Part shown: positions 19,685-31,000 of the stretch, piece after piece
How the letters are laid out: every line of letters starts with the position of its first letter
Position numbering within the stretch: position 1 is the stretch's first letter
Virus record (IMG/VR): IMGVR_UViG_3300005805_007239
Coordinates: 6,121-70,120 of that record
Reading direction: 5' to 3' (one strand)
Length of the DNA stretch: 64,000 bases
DNA from: a virus
Lineage: Duplodnaviria; Caudoviricetes
Made by a program: the position numbers and the translations under genes
The notes under the pieces: model-generated
Told to the model about the DNA's origin: nothing
What the model saw: the letters and a program-made list of their open reading frames with translations, nothing else
The model's database searches: none

Positions 19685-20218
19685 CTATATTACAGTTGTT
19701 ACTGTAGGTATTTCATTACCTCCATTAAAACTTAATAACAGATAATTAGGATTTTTTGTCTCTAAAACAAATATCTGGGAATTGCCCGGGCCCCATACAC
19801 GAGTTTTTAATAAATTGATATCTTCGAATGTATAAGGCGCGGATGACCCTGTCGGGTTTTGGGTAAGATATTGTAAGATAATATTTGCAGAAAGGGTATA
19901 TACTACTGGTGTAAAGTTCGTTCCAGATATTGCAGTAATACTAACAGTTTGTATTGTAGTATTGTCATCAGCAACATCTAACCCAGAAAACGTATAAGTT
20001 ACAGGCGCTCTTACATCAACGTCTTTGTATGTAGTTAAAGCTTCTGCACTAGTCGCAAATGTGTACACTCGTGTTACAGTCTTATCAGGAAATCCGTATA
20101 TAAGTTTACTAACAAAGCCTAAAGCAGACGGATTAAATGTAATTGTAAAGGGAGAAGTACCTGAACAAGAAGTAGTAAGAGCAGCAAAATTATAAGTTAA
20201 AGATGACATATTATACAA
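19685..20218 (-). CDS. Hypothetical virion structural protein
   Basis: 177-aa beta-rich, Thr-rich ORF coupled to the upstream gene in the tail operon. Confidence 0.55.
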   Translation of the reverse strand: MYNMSSLTYNFAALTTSCSGTSPFTITFNPSALGFVSKLIYGFPDKTVTRVYTFATSAEALTTYKDVDVRAPVTYTFSGLDVADDNTTIQTVSITAISGTNFTPVVYTLSANIILQYLTQNPTGSSAPYTFEDINLLKTRVWGPGNSQIFVLETKNPNYLLLSFNGGNEIPTVTTVI

Positions 20219-21770
20219 CCAAAATGGTATTATTAGTTTCAGTTACTACTGGGTTATTTGTTTCTGTTGCAATTACATTACCAAATACAGTTGTGCCTGT
20301 ACTATAATTAATTATCTTATAATTTTGACCGCTAAAAGCGATAAAAGTAATAAAATACGAATTTGTATTTTTATTATAAGTTAGTACAGGGGGCTTAATA
20401 TAAGTTAAGTACAATTTATCAATATTTTCCCCGGAAGCCCCCTGATAGTAAATATACTCATTAAAATTAGTTTTATTTGTAGGCCATATTCTAACTCGTT
20501 CTGCTGGGTTATTAAGATTATATTCGTAAAGTACTGGTACAACTATACCTGAAGCAAACGGAGCAGTAGAAACTATACTTGCTGAAAGTAACAAGCAAGC
20601 AACAAATGTTTTTTCTGGTTCATTATACCATATGCCTCCATAATACTGAGTAGCGTTTCCACTTAAAGTAACCCCTGTCAATGACGTACTTGAAAGTACT
20701 CGGGTAGGTAAAGTTGTGGCTAAATTTAAATTAAAATAATCTGTACCTGTATTTGTTATTAATACATCATTATAATCAAAAGTAATTTTTTCAAACAAAG
20801 TATACCCGCTAAGTTGAATAACTAAAGTGTCAAAATATACTTCAAAATTTTTAATACTATTACCGGTTAATTGATTAAAAATTGTTGGTTGATTGCTATA
20901 CTTGTTGTAAACTGCTGATAAGGCATCTGGGCCTTTATACACTAAGCCATCAATAGTCTTTATCCATAACTGCCCGTAAGACTCTTGCATAGCATATATA
21001 CTTCGAGCGCTTAAAGTTGGTTTATAAACAGCGTATTGATTACCAAAAACATCAGCATGCCATGAATACAATTCTTTGTCTGGAGTTATAATAGTATACT
21101 CTGTTCTTAAATCTAAATCAAAATATTTTAACCAATCTAATTCGGTAAATTTATTATCCTGTACCCATATATTTTTTTGAGACCCAGTCCAATATTCAAA
21201 GTTATCTTTTATAGTGACTACCCCGTATGTATTATTTTTTTGAGATTCAATATTAGACTGATAGGGTATAAATTTTTGATATAAGTCTGAATTTCTTACC
21301 TGGCCGTCAAAAGCGGTATCTGTAAGAGATCCTTTCATCCAGTCTGTATTTTCAATATGGCTTATTATATTATCTTGATCTTTTTCAGTTAAACTTCTTC
21401 CTTTATTAAATACATTTGGTTCAATATACTTGTAAATTACATTAGGTAAAATTTTAGTAGTATCGATAAGAGGGGTTATATTTTTCGTTTGGTAAGTTGA
21501 AACCCCTATGTTATTAGGTGTAAAGTAGCCTCCTAAATCTTCCCGAGTAACTAAATTACCACTGATTTGAGGTAAAGTGGCTACAGTAGGGTAATAACGA
21601 TTTGCTAAATTAGTATACGGCGCTAATGGTGTAATTGTAGCTCCAATATACCCATTAGCAGTACCTGATAGAACAAATTCTCTATTACCTAGATATTTTT
21701 GAGTTAATGTTACTAACTGTAAATTAGTTTCATCAGCAGTAGTAAAAGCATCTGTTTGTACAATAGCCAT
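20211..21770 (-). CDS. Putative baseplate/structural protein
   Basis: 519-aa ORF translationally coupled on both sides. Assignment rests on context only. Confidence 0.5.
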   Translation of the reverse strand: MAIVQTDAFTTADETNLQLVTLTQKYLGNREFVLSGTANGYIGATITPLAPYTNLANRYYPTVATLPQISGNLVTREDLGGYFTPNNIGVSTYQTKNITPLIDTTKILPNVIYKYIEPNVFNKGRSLTEKDQDNIISHIENTDWMKGSLTDTAFDGQVRNSDLYQKFIPYQSNIESQKNNTYGVVTIKDNFEYWTGSQKNIWVQDNKFTELDWLKYFDLDLRTEYTIITPDKELYSWHADVFGNQYAVYKPTLSARSIYAMQESYGQLWIKTIDGLVYKGPDALSAVYNKYSNQPTIFNQLTGNSIKNFEVYFDTLVIQLSGYTLFEKITFDYNDVLITNTGTDYFNLNLATTLPTRVLSSTSLTGVTLSGNATQYYGGIWYNEPEKTFVACLLLSASIVSTAPFASGIVVPVLYEYNLNNPAERVRIWPTNKTNFNEYIYYQGASGENIDKLYLTYIKPPVLTYNKNTNSYFITFIAFSGQNYKIINYSTGTTVFGNVIATETNNPVVTETNNTILVV

Positions 21771-22798
21771 TAGTTTAATTGTTCAATTACTAAGATTTCA
21801 GTATTTATCGGAGGTACTCCGTTAAAAACTATATTTTGATTCTGTACACTAATTGTGAAAGCTGTAATTGGTGTTTGTGTAACACCGTCAATACTGACTC
21901 TATATTTAGAAATGTCTTGAGTAGTTATACCGTTTAAAGGAAATGTAGTTGAAGTGCCATCTGCAGTAAATGTATAGATATTACTTGGAGTCGAGGTTGG
22001 GGTTACAGCTGTACCTACAAACCCCGACACCCCATAACACGGATTGAGATCGTTTGCTTGAGCTAATGCATCTATAATTAATCCAAGTAAATACTCTGCC
22101 GGTATTTCGTATAAAGAAGTCTCGTATAAAGATGCGCTTACCCCGGAAGTAAAAGCTGTATAAGTTGAAATATCTACACCCGGGTCTCTATCAAAGTAGT
22201 TTTTTGTATCATATAACTCTTCTATTTCTATACTAAATGAACCAGATATATCGTTTAAATTAGGAAGGTAAGGTATTAAATCCCCATTACTAACTATTAA
22301 ACCTGAGTTATTTGAATCCGCTCTTTGCGTGAATACACTGAGAATATAGTTATAAAATAAACGCTCTAAGTAGCCACTAGTACCTTGTAAGTTGTATTTT
22401 AACTTGGAATAAACAATTTGTTTTCTACGTTCTGCTAGATATCGAGATACGTCTTTAAGTTTACGAGCAAAATAGATTATAGCAGACTGCAAATCATAAT
22501 CATTATTAAAATCTACTATACTAAAAAATTGCTGTTCTTCTTCTGTACGGGTAGTTAATCCTAACTGTTTAAGAAAGTTAATATACAGTTTTTTAACATA
22601 TGCTGTATTTGCACTAGTCTTTGCGGCATTAGTTTTATACCATCTTTTTAAATATGCATTATACTGTTCTATTTGAGCATTAGGATCTATATTAATATAC
22701 CTACTCTTCCATTCTTGGAAAGAATACGGATTGCCAGTATCCGTCTCTCTAGTAGAAGTGGTGGGCCGGGAAAGGTCGTTTATATTAAAAACTGGCAT
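21770..22798 (-). CDS. Putative baseplate/structural protein
   Basis: 342 aa with a helical N-terminal half. The C-terminal YTFTADGTSTTFPL...VSIDGVTQTP..AFTI....IVF...PP.N..I.V unit is a small domain common in phage structural proteins. Confidence 0.55.
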   Translation of the reverse strand: MPVFNINDLSRPTTSTRETDTGNPYSFQEWKSRYINIDPNAQIEQYNAYLKRWYKTNAAKTSANTAYVKKLYINFLKQLGLTTRTEEEQQFFSIVDFNNDYDLQSAIIYFARKLKDVSRYLAERRKQIVYSKLKYNLQGTSGYLERLFYNYILSVFTQRADSNNSGLIVSNGDLIPYLPNLNDISGSFSIEIEELYDTKNYFDRDPGVDISTYTAFTSGVSASLYETSLYEIPAEYLLGLIIDALAQANDLNPCYGVSGFVGTAVTPTSTPSNIYTFTADGTSTTFPLNGITTQDISKYRVSIDGVTQTPITAFTISVQNQNIVFNGVPPINTEILVIEQLN

Positions 22799-22804
22799 CT
22801 TTAA

Positions 22805-22810
22805 TATTTA
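22805..22810 (-). promoter_or_regulatory. TAAATA late-promoter-like motif
   Basis: 6 nt upstream of ATG 22798. Confidence 0.5.
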
Positions 22811-22826
22811 TGCCGAGGTTTTAATA

Positions 22827-23063
22827 TTACCATTTACCTTTTGGGCATTTAGCAGCTGCTAATTTAGTCTTAAGTATTAAATAACAACCACATAAATTAC
22901 ACCGCATATCTTCTTTTAATAAGTGCTCACATTTATTACATATTTCTCGTCTTTTAGTAATAATTTTATCTTCTGCTAATGTTTTTCCGGTTGCAGCTGC
23001 GTTAGTCGCAACATTAGCTACCTCTTTACCTAAATTAAGAGCCATTCTAATTAAATTAGGCAT
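22827..23063 (-). CDS. Small Cys-rich putative metal-binding protein (DUF6171-like)
   Basis: RREICNKCEHL....RCNLCGCYL..K......KCPKGKW cysteine pattern. Confidence 0.65.
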   Translation of the reverse strand: MPNLIRMALNLGKEVANVATNAAATGKTLAEDKIITKRREICNKCEHLLKEDMRCNLCGCYLILKTKLAAAKCPKGKW

Positions 23064-23065
23064 AG

Positions 23066-24262
23066 TTAAATTACTTTACTAGCAAAAGGATATGAGCGCC
23101 GGCCTAATAATATAAAGACGCCACTACCCCCGTTGGCTCCTAAATCGGTTCCGCCTCCTCCTCCTCCGCCGGTATTTATTACCCCTGCGCCAGCGCTTAA
23201 AGATGAAATCGGATTGCTACCGCTAAGAGATGCAGTATATATATAGCTCTCCCCTGATCCTCCGCTATAATAAGTTGTGCCATCATTTACAATTGATCCG
23301 CCAGATCCACCTGTGGCAATAAAATCAAATTCGTATGGTGGAGTCGGCGGGTCTGGCGGCGGATCTGGCTCAATATATGTCATATAAGCGCCTCCTCCTC
23401 CACCGCCGGCAATACAATATGCTATCATTACACCCTTATTATTTGGATACTTTATTAAACCACCGGCTCCGCCGGGCGCGCCGTGCGCACCGGTCAAGTC
23501 TCCTGCGCCTATAGGAATTCCACCTGTTAATCCATTAGAATTGGTACCAATCCCACCACCGCCACCTGCAAAACCATAAGTACTAGTTCCGGTTGGAACC
23601 GGAAGACTAATTATATTCCAGGCACCTCCTTTACTGCCTAAACTTTTATCTGCTACTTGTACTGTAGAAACTGATGAAACATGAGATGCGTATGAACTAC
23701 CACTTACAAGTACACTTGTTACAGGTGCTAATAAACTATAACCATATGTACCGTAACCAGCTGTAAACCTAGGGTTGCCACCCCCGCCCGGGAGCGGCGT
23801 GAACGGGCCGTCGGTATTACCACCAAAACCACCCTGAGAACCATTAGTTCCATATGTCGGGACAGTAGTCTGAAAGCCGCCGGCGCCGCCGCCTGTAATA
23901 AGATAAAAAAAATTTCCGTTAATATTAATTTGACTCGCGCCACCATCAGTACTAAACGCGCCGTAGCCGGAACCCGCGCCGCCAGCTCCTAATGTTATAG
24001 TTAGAGTATCTCCCGGCCGCGCCGGTAAATTCAAGACGGCGCAAGCTCCGGCGCCGCCGCCGGCACCACCTACGGTGTTATATGATGTGTACCCGATCCC
24101 GCCCCCACCACCACCAGAAACCAGAATACCCGTAAGAGAATAATACCAGCCAGGAACAATAATACTACTAGAAGTAGTTACAATATCTATAAGTTCAATT
24201 TTATTACTAAAAGGTATTACCGAATTAGATAATGTTTTATTAGATAATAAATTAGAAGACAT
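23066..24262 (-). CDS. Glycine-rich (polyglycine-II-type) adhesin-like protein
   Basis: LVSGGGGGG...GGAGGGAG...ITLGAGGAG...GGGGGG...GANGGSGVFIL is a glycine-rich domain. Start placed at ATG 24262 (MSSNLL) to avoid overlap with 24276-24659. Confidence 0.7.
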   Translation of the reverse strand: MSSNLLSNKTLSNSVIPFSNKIELIDIVTTSSSIIVPGWYYSLTGILVSGGGGGGIGYTSYNTVGGAGGGAGACAVLNLPARPGDTLTITLGAGGAGSGYGAFSTDGGASQININGNFFYLITGGGAGGFQTTVPTYGTNGSQGGFGGNTDGPFTPLPGGGGNPRFTAGYGTYGYSLLAPVTSVLVSGSSYASHVSSVSTVQVADKSLGSKGGAWNIISLPVPTGTSTYGFAGGGGGIGTNSNGLTGGIPIGAGDLTGAHGAPGGAGGLIKYPNNKGVMIAYCIAGGGGGGAYMTYIEPDPPPDPPTPPYEFDFIATGGSGGSIVNDGTTYYSGGSGESYIYTASLSGSNPISSLSAGAGVINTGGGGGGGTDLGANGGSGVFILLGRRSYPFASKVI

Positions 24263-24275
24263 TTTAATAAAAAAA

Positions 24276-24659
24276 TTATGTTTCTTTGCTAGCCCAGGAA
24301 AGTGTAAGTTCATCCCAATAATAAACTTTACCATCATTAGGATAGAGCACTGGGGCTACCCAGACCCATTTTTGATACTTTTCACTATATACCAAAATCC
24401 ATGATGGATATGGTTGAGCAGGGTAAAATATGTCTCTAATAGAGTCATACCAGTATCCTATACCGGCATATTCATTTCTTATATTATTATTATATGAAGT
24501 CTGTATCCAGTAAGCGGAGTCTCCAACTGCTCCGGAATCAATAAAATCTTGTTCAGCTCTAATAACATTAATCACAACACCACGATACCCAGATAGCGTA
24601 GTACCGCTTACATCTAGCGTAATTGCAGATAAATTTGCTATATTTGCGTAATGACCCAT
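24276..24659 (-). CDS. Conserved small phage tail-associated (adapter/chaperone-like) protein
   Basis: MGHYA...VI.AEQDFIDS...WIQTSYN...R..YAGIGY.YD..RD.F.P.QPYPSW.L....W.APV.YP.DG..Y.WDE....W. This family typically sits next to glycine-rich genes. Confidence 0.7.
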   Translation of the reverse strand: MGHYANIANLSAITLDVSGTTLSGYRGVVINVIRAEQDFIDSGAVGDSAYWIQTSYNNNIRNEYAGIGYWYDSIRDIFYPAQPYPSWILVYSEKYQKWVWVAPVLYPNDGKVYYWDELTLSWASKET

Positions 24660-24660
24660 A

Positions 24661-24990
24661 TTATGTTACTTGTGCGCCAAATGCATTAAATACTAGATTA
24701 GCTGTGCTTGCAGAAACTGAAACAACATCTGTTGCAGAGACCGTCATACCTATAGTAATAATTGTTGTATCATTACCTGGCACTGTGGTAGAATAGGCTA
24801 TATAATGTTTATTTGCTATAGTTTCCCCGGTAGGGCGTACTGCTATACCATAAGTTGCATTAGCTGAAGCTAAATTACACACAGTTAAAGTTGAAATAAC
24901 TGCTGTAGTTGCAGCCGGTACAGTGTACAAAGTTGTAAGTGTGTTAGCAGCAGGATTACTTTGACCTAAGACTTTATATGATGAAGGCAT
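24661..24990 (-). CDS. Small beta-sandwich virion structural protein
   Basis: YKVLGQSNPAANTLTTLYTVPAATTAVISTLTVCN...VPGNDT...FNAFG. Recognisable small phage structural family. Confidence 0.7.
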   Translation of the reverse strand: MPSSYKVLGQSNPAANTLTTLYTVPAATTAVISTLTVCNLASANATYGIAVRPTGETIANKHYIAYSTTVPGNDTTIITIGMTVSATDVVSVSASTANLVFNAFGAQVT

Positions 24991-25000
24991 TGTTATAAAT

Positions 25001-25006
25001 TATTTA
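25001..25006 (-). promoter_or_regulatory. TAAATA late-promoter-like motif
   Basis: 10 nt upstream of ATG 24990, directly after the stop of the GYS gene. Confidence 0.45.
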
Positions 25007-28000
25007 TTAACCACCCATTAAAAGGAAAATAGGATCGAAAGGAACTGTTGTACCGTCAAACGTACCAGTAGCACCAGAATAGCCGCTATAACCAGAGAAG
25101 CCGCTTGTACCTGAATAGCCGCTATAGCCAGAATATCCTGATGAGCCGGTTGTGCCTGTTGTACCGCTATAACCTGAATAGCCGCTGTAACCAGAGTAAC
25201 CGCTGTATCCGCTTATACCGCCAGTACCACTATAACCGGAATAGCCTGAATAACCACTTCTGCCTGAATAACCACTATAGCCAGAATAACCAGATATACC
25301 ACCAGTACCACTATAGCCGCTATAACCACTAAATCCACTTATTCCAGAATAACCAGAGTAACCGCTATAACCGCTTATGCCGCCGGTTCCGCTGTAACCG
25401 CTATAACCGGAGAAGCCACTTATACCAGAGTAGCCACTGTAACCGGAATAACCTGAAATGCCGCCTGTGCCTGAGTAACCAGAATACCCACTGAAACCAC
25501 TTATTCCAGAATAACCTGAGTACCCGGAGTAGCCTGAAATACCACCAGTACCAGAATAGCCAGAGTAACCACTAAAGCCTGACACGCCAGAGTAGCCACT
25601 ATACCCAGAATAGCCAGATATACCACCGGTACCTGAATAGCCACTATAGCCAGAGTAACCGCTTCTACCAGAGTAGCCACTATAACCAGAGTAACCTGAA
25701 ATACCGCCAGTACCACTATAGCCTGAGTACCCGCTAAAGCCGCTTATACCACTATAGCCAGAATACCCGCTGTAGCCGCTTATACCGCCAGTGCCGCTGT
25801 AACCACTATACCCACTAAAGCCGCTTATACCGCTATAACCCGAGTAGCCGGAATAACCTGATGTACCGCCAGTGCCAGAGTATCCTGAATAGCCACTAAA
25901 GCCGCTTATACCACTATAACCTGAATATCCACTGTAACCGCTAATACCCCCTGTGCCAGAATAGCCGGAATAGCCGCTATAGCCACTTCTACCAGAATAG
26001 CCGCTATAGCCTGAATAGCCACTTGTACCTCCAGTGCCAGAGTACCCTGAGTAGCCACTAAACCCACTTATACCACTATAACCTGAATAACCAGAATAGC
26101 CTGATGTACCACCGGTACCACTATAGCCACTGTAACCAGAGAAACCGCTTATACCAGAATAACCAGAATAACCGGAGTATCCACTTATACCTCCAGTACC
26201 AGAGTAGCCAGAGTAACCGCTAAACCCGCTTATACCGGAGTAACCTGAATAGCCTGAATACCCAGAAGTGCCACCTGTACCGGAATAACCGCTATAACCA
26301 GAAAACCCACTTATTCCGCTATAACCTGAATACCCTGAGTAGCCGGAAACCCCTCCAGTACCACTATAACCAGAATACCCACTATAACCTGAAGTACCTA
26401 CGCCAGAGTAGCCACTATAACCTGAGTATCCACTTCTACCTGAATAACCGGAATACCCACTAAAACCACTTATACCGCTATAACCAGAATAGCCTGACGT
26501 ACCTACACCGCTATAGCCAGAATACCCGCTGAACCCACTCACTCCGCTATAGCCACTGTAACCAGAATACCCACTAATACCGCCTACACCGCTATAGCCA
26601 GAATAACCACTGAAGCCACTTGTACCTGAGTAACCACTGTAGCCTGAATAACCGCTCAAACCACCAGTACCGCTATACCCTGAGTAACCGGAGTAGCCGC
26701 TAAACCCACTTATACCTGAATAACCAGAATAACCGCTGTAGCCTGAAGTACCTGTTCCGGAATAGCCTGAGTACCCGCTATAGCCTGAAAAACCACTTAT
26801 TCCGCTATAGCCACTGTAACCACTATATCCTGAATAACCAGATGTGCCTTGACCGCTATAACCAGAATAGCCTGAGAACCCGCTTACTCCTGAATAGCCG
26901 GAATAGCCACTATAGCCCGATACACCACCGGTTCCACTGTATCCACTATAGCCGGAATAACCTGACGTACCTACACCAGAGTAGCCACTGTAACCGGAGT
27001 AGCCGCTAAATCCACTTATACCAGAATAACCGCTATAACCAGAATAACCTGAAGTACCTTGACCACTATAACCGGAATAGCCTGAGAACCCGCTTACTCC
27101 GCTATAGCCAGAATACCCGCTGTAACCTGATGAGCCTCCTACACCGGAGTAGCCACTGTAGCCAGACGTACCGATACCAGAGTAACCAGAATACCCAGAC
27201 GTTCCAATACCGGAGTAACCGCTATAGCCTGAGTAGCCACTGAAACCGCTTATACCTGAATAACCAGAATAACCGCTATAGCCTGAAGTACCTATACCAC
27301 TATAACCGCTATAACCAGAGAAACCGCTAGTACCGCTGTAACCACTATAACCAGAATAGCCTGAGATACCACCAGTACCAGAATAACCGCTATAACCAGA
27401 GTATCCGGAAGTGCCTACTCCAGAGTACCCGCTATAACCTGAATACCCACTAAAGCCTGACACCCCAGAATAGCCGCTATAACCAGAATAACCTGATACA
27501 CCGCCTGTACCTGAATAGCCTGAGTAACCAGAATACCCACTAAAGCCGCTTACTCCACTATAACCGCTATAACCAGAGTACCCGCTTAAGCCGCCAGTAC
27601 CCGAGTAGCCACTATAGCCAGAATAACCACTGAAGCCACTTATACCGGAATAGCCAGAGTAGCCACTGTACCCTGACGTACCACCTGTACCTGTTGCACC
27701 GGAATAACCTGAATATCCTGAGAAACCGCTAATGCCGCTATAACCTGAATACCCCGAGTAACCACTAAAGCCGCTTATGCCAGAATAGCCGCTATAGCCA
27801 GAATAGCCACTTGTACCTACTCCAGAGTAGCCGCTATAGCCAGAATAACCACTAAAGCCGCTTATGCCTGAATACCCACTATAACCAGAATAGCCTGATA
27901 CACCGCCTACACCTGAATAGCCTGAATAACCGGAGTAACCTGAAGTACCTCCTGTCCCAGAATAACCAGAATAGCCACTAAAGCCGCTTACACCGGAATA

Positions 28001-31000
28001 ACCAGAATAACCACTATAACCAGATGTACCAATACCTGAATAACCACTATAACCTGACGTACCTACACCAGAATAGCCGCTATACCCCGAGTATCCGCTT
28101 CTACCTGAGTAACCACTGTACCCGCTATAACCTGATGACCCGTCAATTGCAGATGCCCCGGAATAACCGCTATAGCCAGAAGTACCCCCGCCACCTGTTG
28201 CTCCGGAGTAGCCTGAGTAGCCACTAAAACCGCTTACACCTGAGTAACCAGAGTAGCCAGAATAACCGCTAAAGCCACTAATACCAGAATACCCGCTATA
28301 GCCTGAATATCCTGAAGCACCTATACCTGAGTAGCCACTATAACCTGAATAACCACTAAACCCACTTATACCGGAGTAGCCAGAATAGCCTGAAAAACCG
28401 CTTATACCACTATACCCGGAATACCCGCTATAGCCTGATACACCGCCTGTACCGGTAGCACCGGAATAACCGGAGTAGCCTGAAAAACCACTTATGCCAG
28501 AGTAGCCTGAATACCCGCTGTAACCTGAAAAACCACTTATGCCAGAATAGCCACTGTACCCGCTATAGCCTGATGTGCCACCCGTACCAGCTGCTCCTGA
28601 ATAGCCTGAGTAACCACTAAAACCGCTTACTCCAGAATACCCACTATAACCAGAATAACCGCTAAAGCCGCTTATACCGGAATAGCCTGAATACCCACTG
28701 TAACCTGAAGCACCTATACCAGAATACCCGCTGTAGCCTGAATACCCAGAAGTACCTATACCAGAATAGCCGCTATATCCTGAATACCCACTAAAACCGC
28801 TTATACCACTATAACCAGAGTACCCGCTGTATCCTGATGTACCACCTGTACCAGCTGCACCTGAATAACCACTATAACCGGAAGTACCTACCCCGGAATA
28901 GCCTGAGTAACCTGAATAGCCGCTAAAACCACTTATACCAGAATAACCACTATAGCCAGAATAACCACTAAAGCCGCTTATGCCTGAGTAACCACTATAG
29001 CCAGAATAACCACTTCTACCGGAATAACCAGAATAGCCTGAAAAACCAGATTGGCCGTATGCAACAAGATATGCACTAAAATGTGTACCGGCACTATCTG
29101 CAGTCCCTCCTTGCTGTATATCTACATTAGCTGAGTTACCACTGTAAACAGTAAAGTCAATATAGTCTGTAGTACCGTTTAAATAAATTACCCTACTACC
29201 ACCCTGACTCTGGCCTACCGACGTATTAATAACATCTTGATATATAGCAAATGTATTATTATTCTTTCTTACTTGGGTATTGTATTGATTATTGTTTACA
29301 GCTCCTGTAGCCCACCAAACGCTTATTTCAATATTATAATACCCAGCAACTGTTGGGGTAAGTCTTTTTGTAGTAGCATTCCACCAGCTCTTAGCGTCGT
29401 GATATGCAACAAATGGTATTAATGTATCAGCTCCGTTAGCGATAGAGTAGTTAGCACTTAAAGTACCTACAGTTAAATAATCGCTTGGAGACAGTACGTT
29501 TGCAGCTCCAGAGTATCCTGAATACCCACTAAAACCAACAGCTCCAGAATAACCACTATAACCTGATGTGCCGGAATAGCCTGAGTAACCTGAAAAACCA
29601 CTTACCCCAGAATACCCACTATAGCCTGAGTACCCACTACCACCAATAGTACCAGAATAACCGCTATAGCCAGAATAGCCTGATTCTCCTTTACCAGAAT
29701 AACCTGAGTAACCAGAAGTACCTACACCTGAATAACCACTGTAACCAGAAAACCCACTTATACCTGAGTAACCACTATAGCCTGAGTAACCACTATAACC
29801 AGAACTGCCTGTACCAGAGTACCCGCTATAACCAGAAAAACCGCTAGTACCGCTGTACCCGGAATAACCTGAATAGCCAGAGGTGCCTACACCAGAGTAG
29901 CCACTATAGCCCGAATACCCGCTTCTACCAGAGTAGCCACTATAACCAGAGTAACCACTTACACCACCAGTACCGGAGTAGCCGCTATAACCACTGTAAC
30001 CTGAAAAACCGATTGTACCAGAGTACCCGCTATAACCTGAGTAACCACTTGCACCACCTACTCCGCTATAACCTGAATAACCACTATACCCAGAAAAACC
30101 ACTTATACCTGAATACCCAGAGTAGCCTGAAAACCCGCTTGTACCAGAATAACCACTGTAGCCGGAATAACCACTTATACCTCCAGTACCGGAATACCCA
30201 GAATACCCACTAAAACCACTTACTCCACTGTAACCGCTATATCCTGAATAACCAGAAGTGCCTGTACCAGAGTATCCTGAGTAGCCACTGAAGCCTGAAA
30301 CCCCGGAGTAGCCCGAATAGCCACTATAACCTGAATACCCAGAAGAACCTGTTCCGCTATAACCCGAGTAACCGCTAAAGCCACTTGTACCAGAATAGCC
30401 ACTATAGCCAGAATAACCGCTGCCACCAGTAGTACCAGAGTACCCACTATAGCCGGAATAGCCTGAGGTGCCTATACCACTATAGCCGGAATAGCCTGAA
30501 AAACCACTTATACCAGAGTATCCACTATAGCCGGAATAGCCTGATGTGCCTCCTGTTCCAGAATAACCAGAATAGCCACTTCTACCACTGTAGCCGGAGT
30601 AGCCTGAGAAACCACTTATACCGCTATAGCCTGAATAACCAGAATAGCCTGATGTACCGGTACCAGAATAACCACTATAACCGCTAAAGCCGCTTATACC
30701 ACTATAGCCAGAATACCCGCTGTAGCCTGACGTACCACCCGTACCAGAATAGCCCGAGTAACCACTAAAACCAGATATACCGGAGTAGCCACTATAACCA
30801 GAATAGCCGGAACTACCTTGACCACTATAACCCGAGTAACCGCTAAAGCCGCTTATACCGCTATACCCGCTATAACCAGAGTAACCTGAGATACCACCGG
30901 TGCCGGAGTAGCCTGAGTAGCCACTGAAGCCTGACACGCCAGAGTAACCACTATAACCAGAATAACCAGAACTACCTTGTCCACTGTAACCAGAATAACC

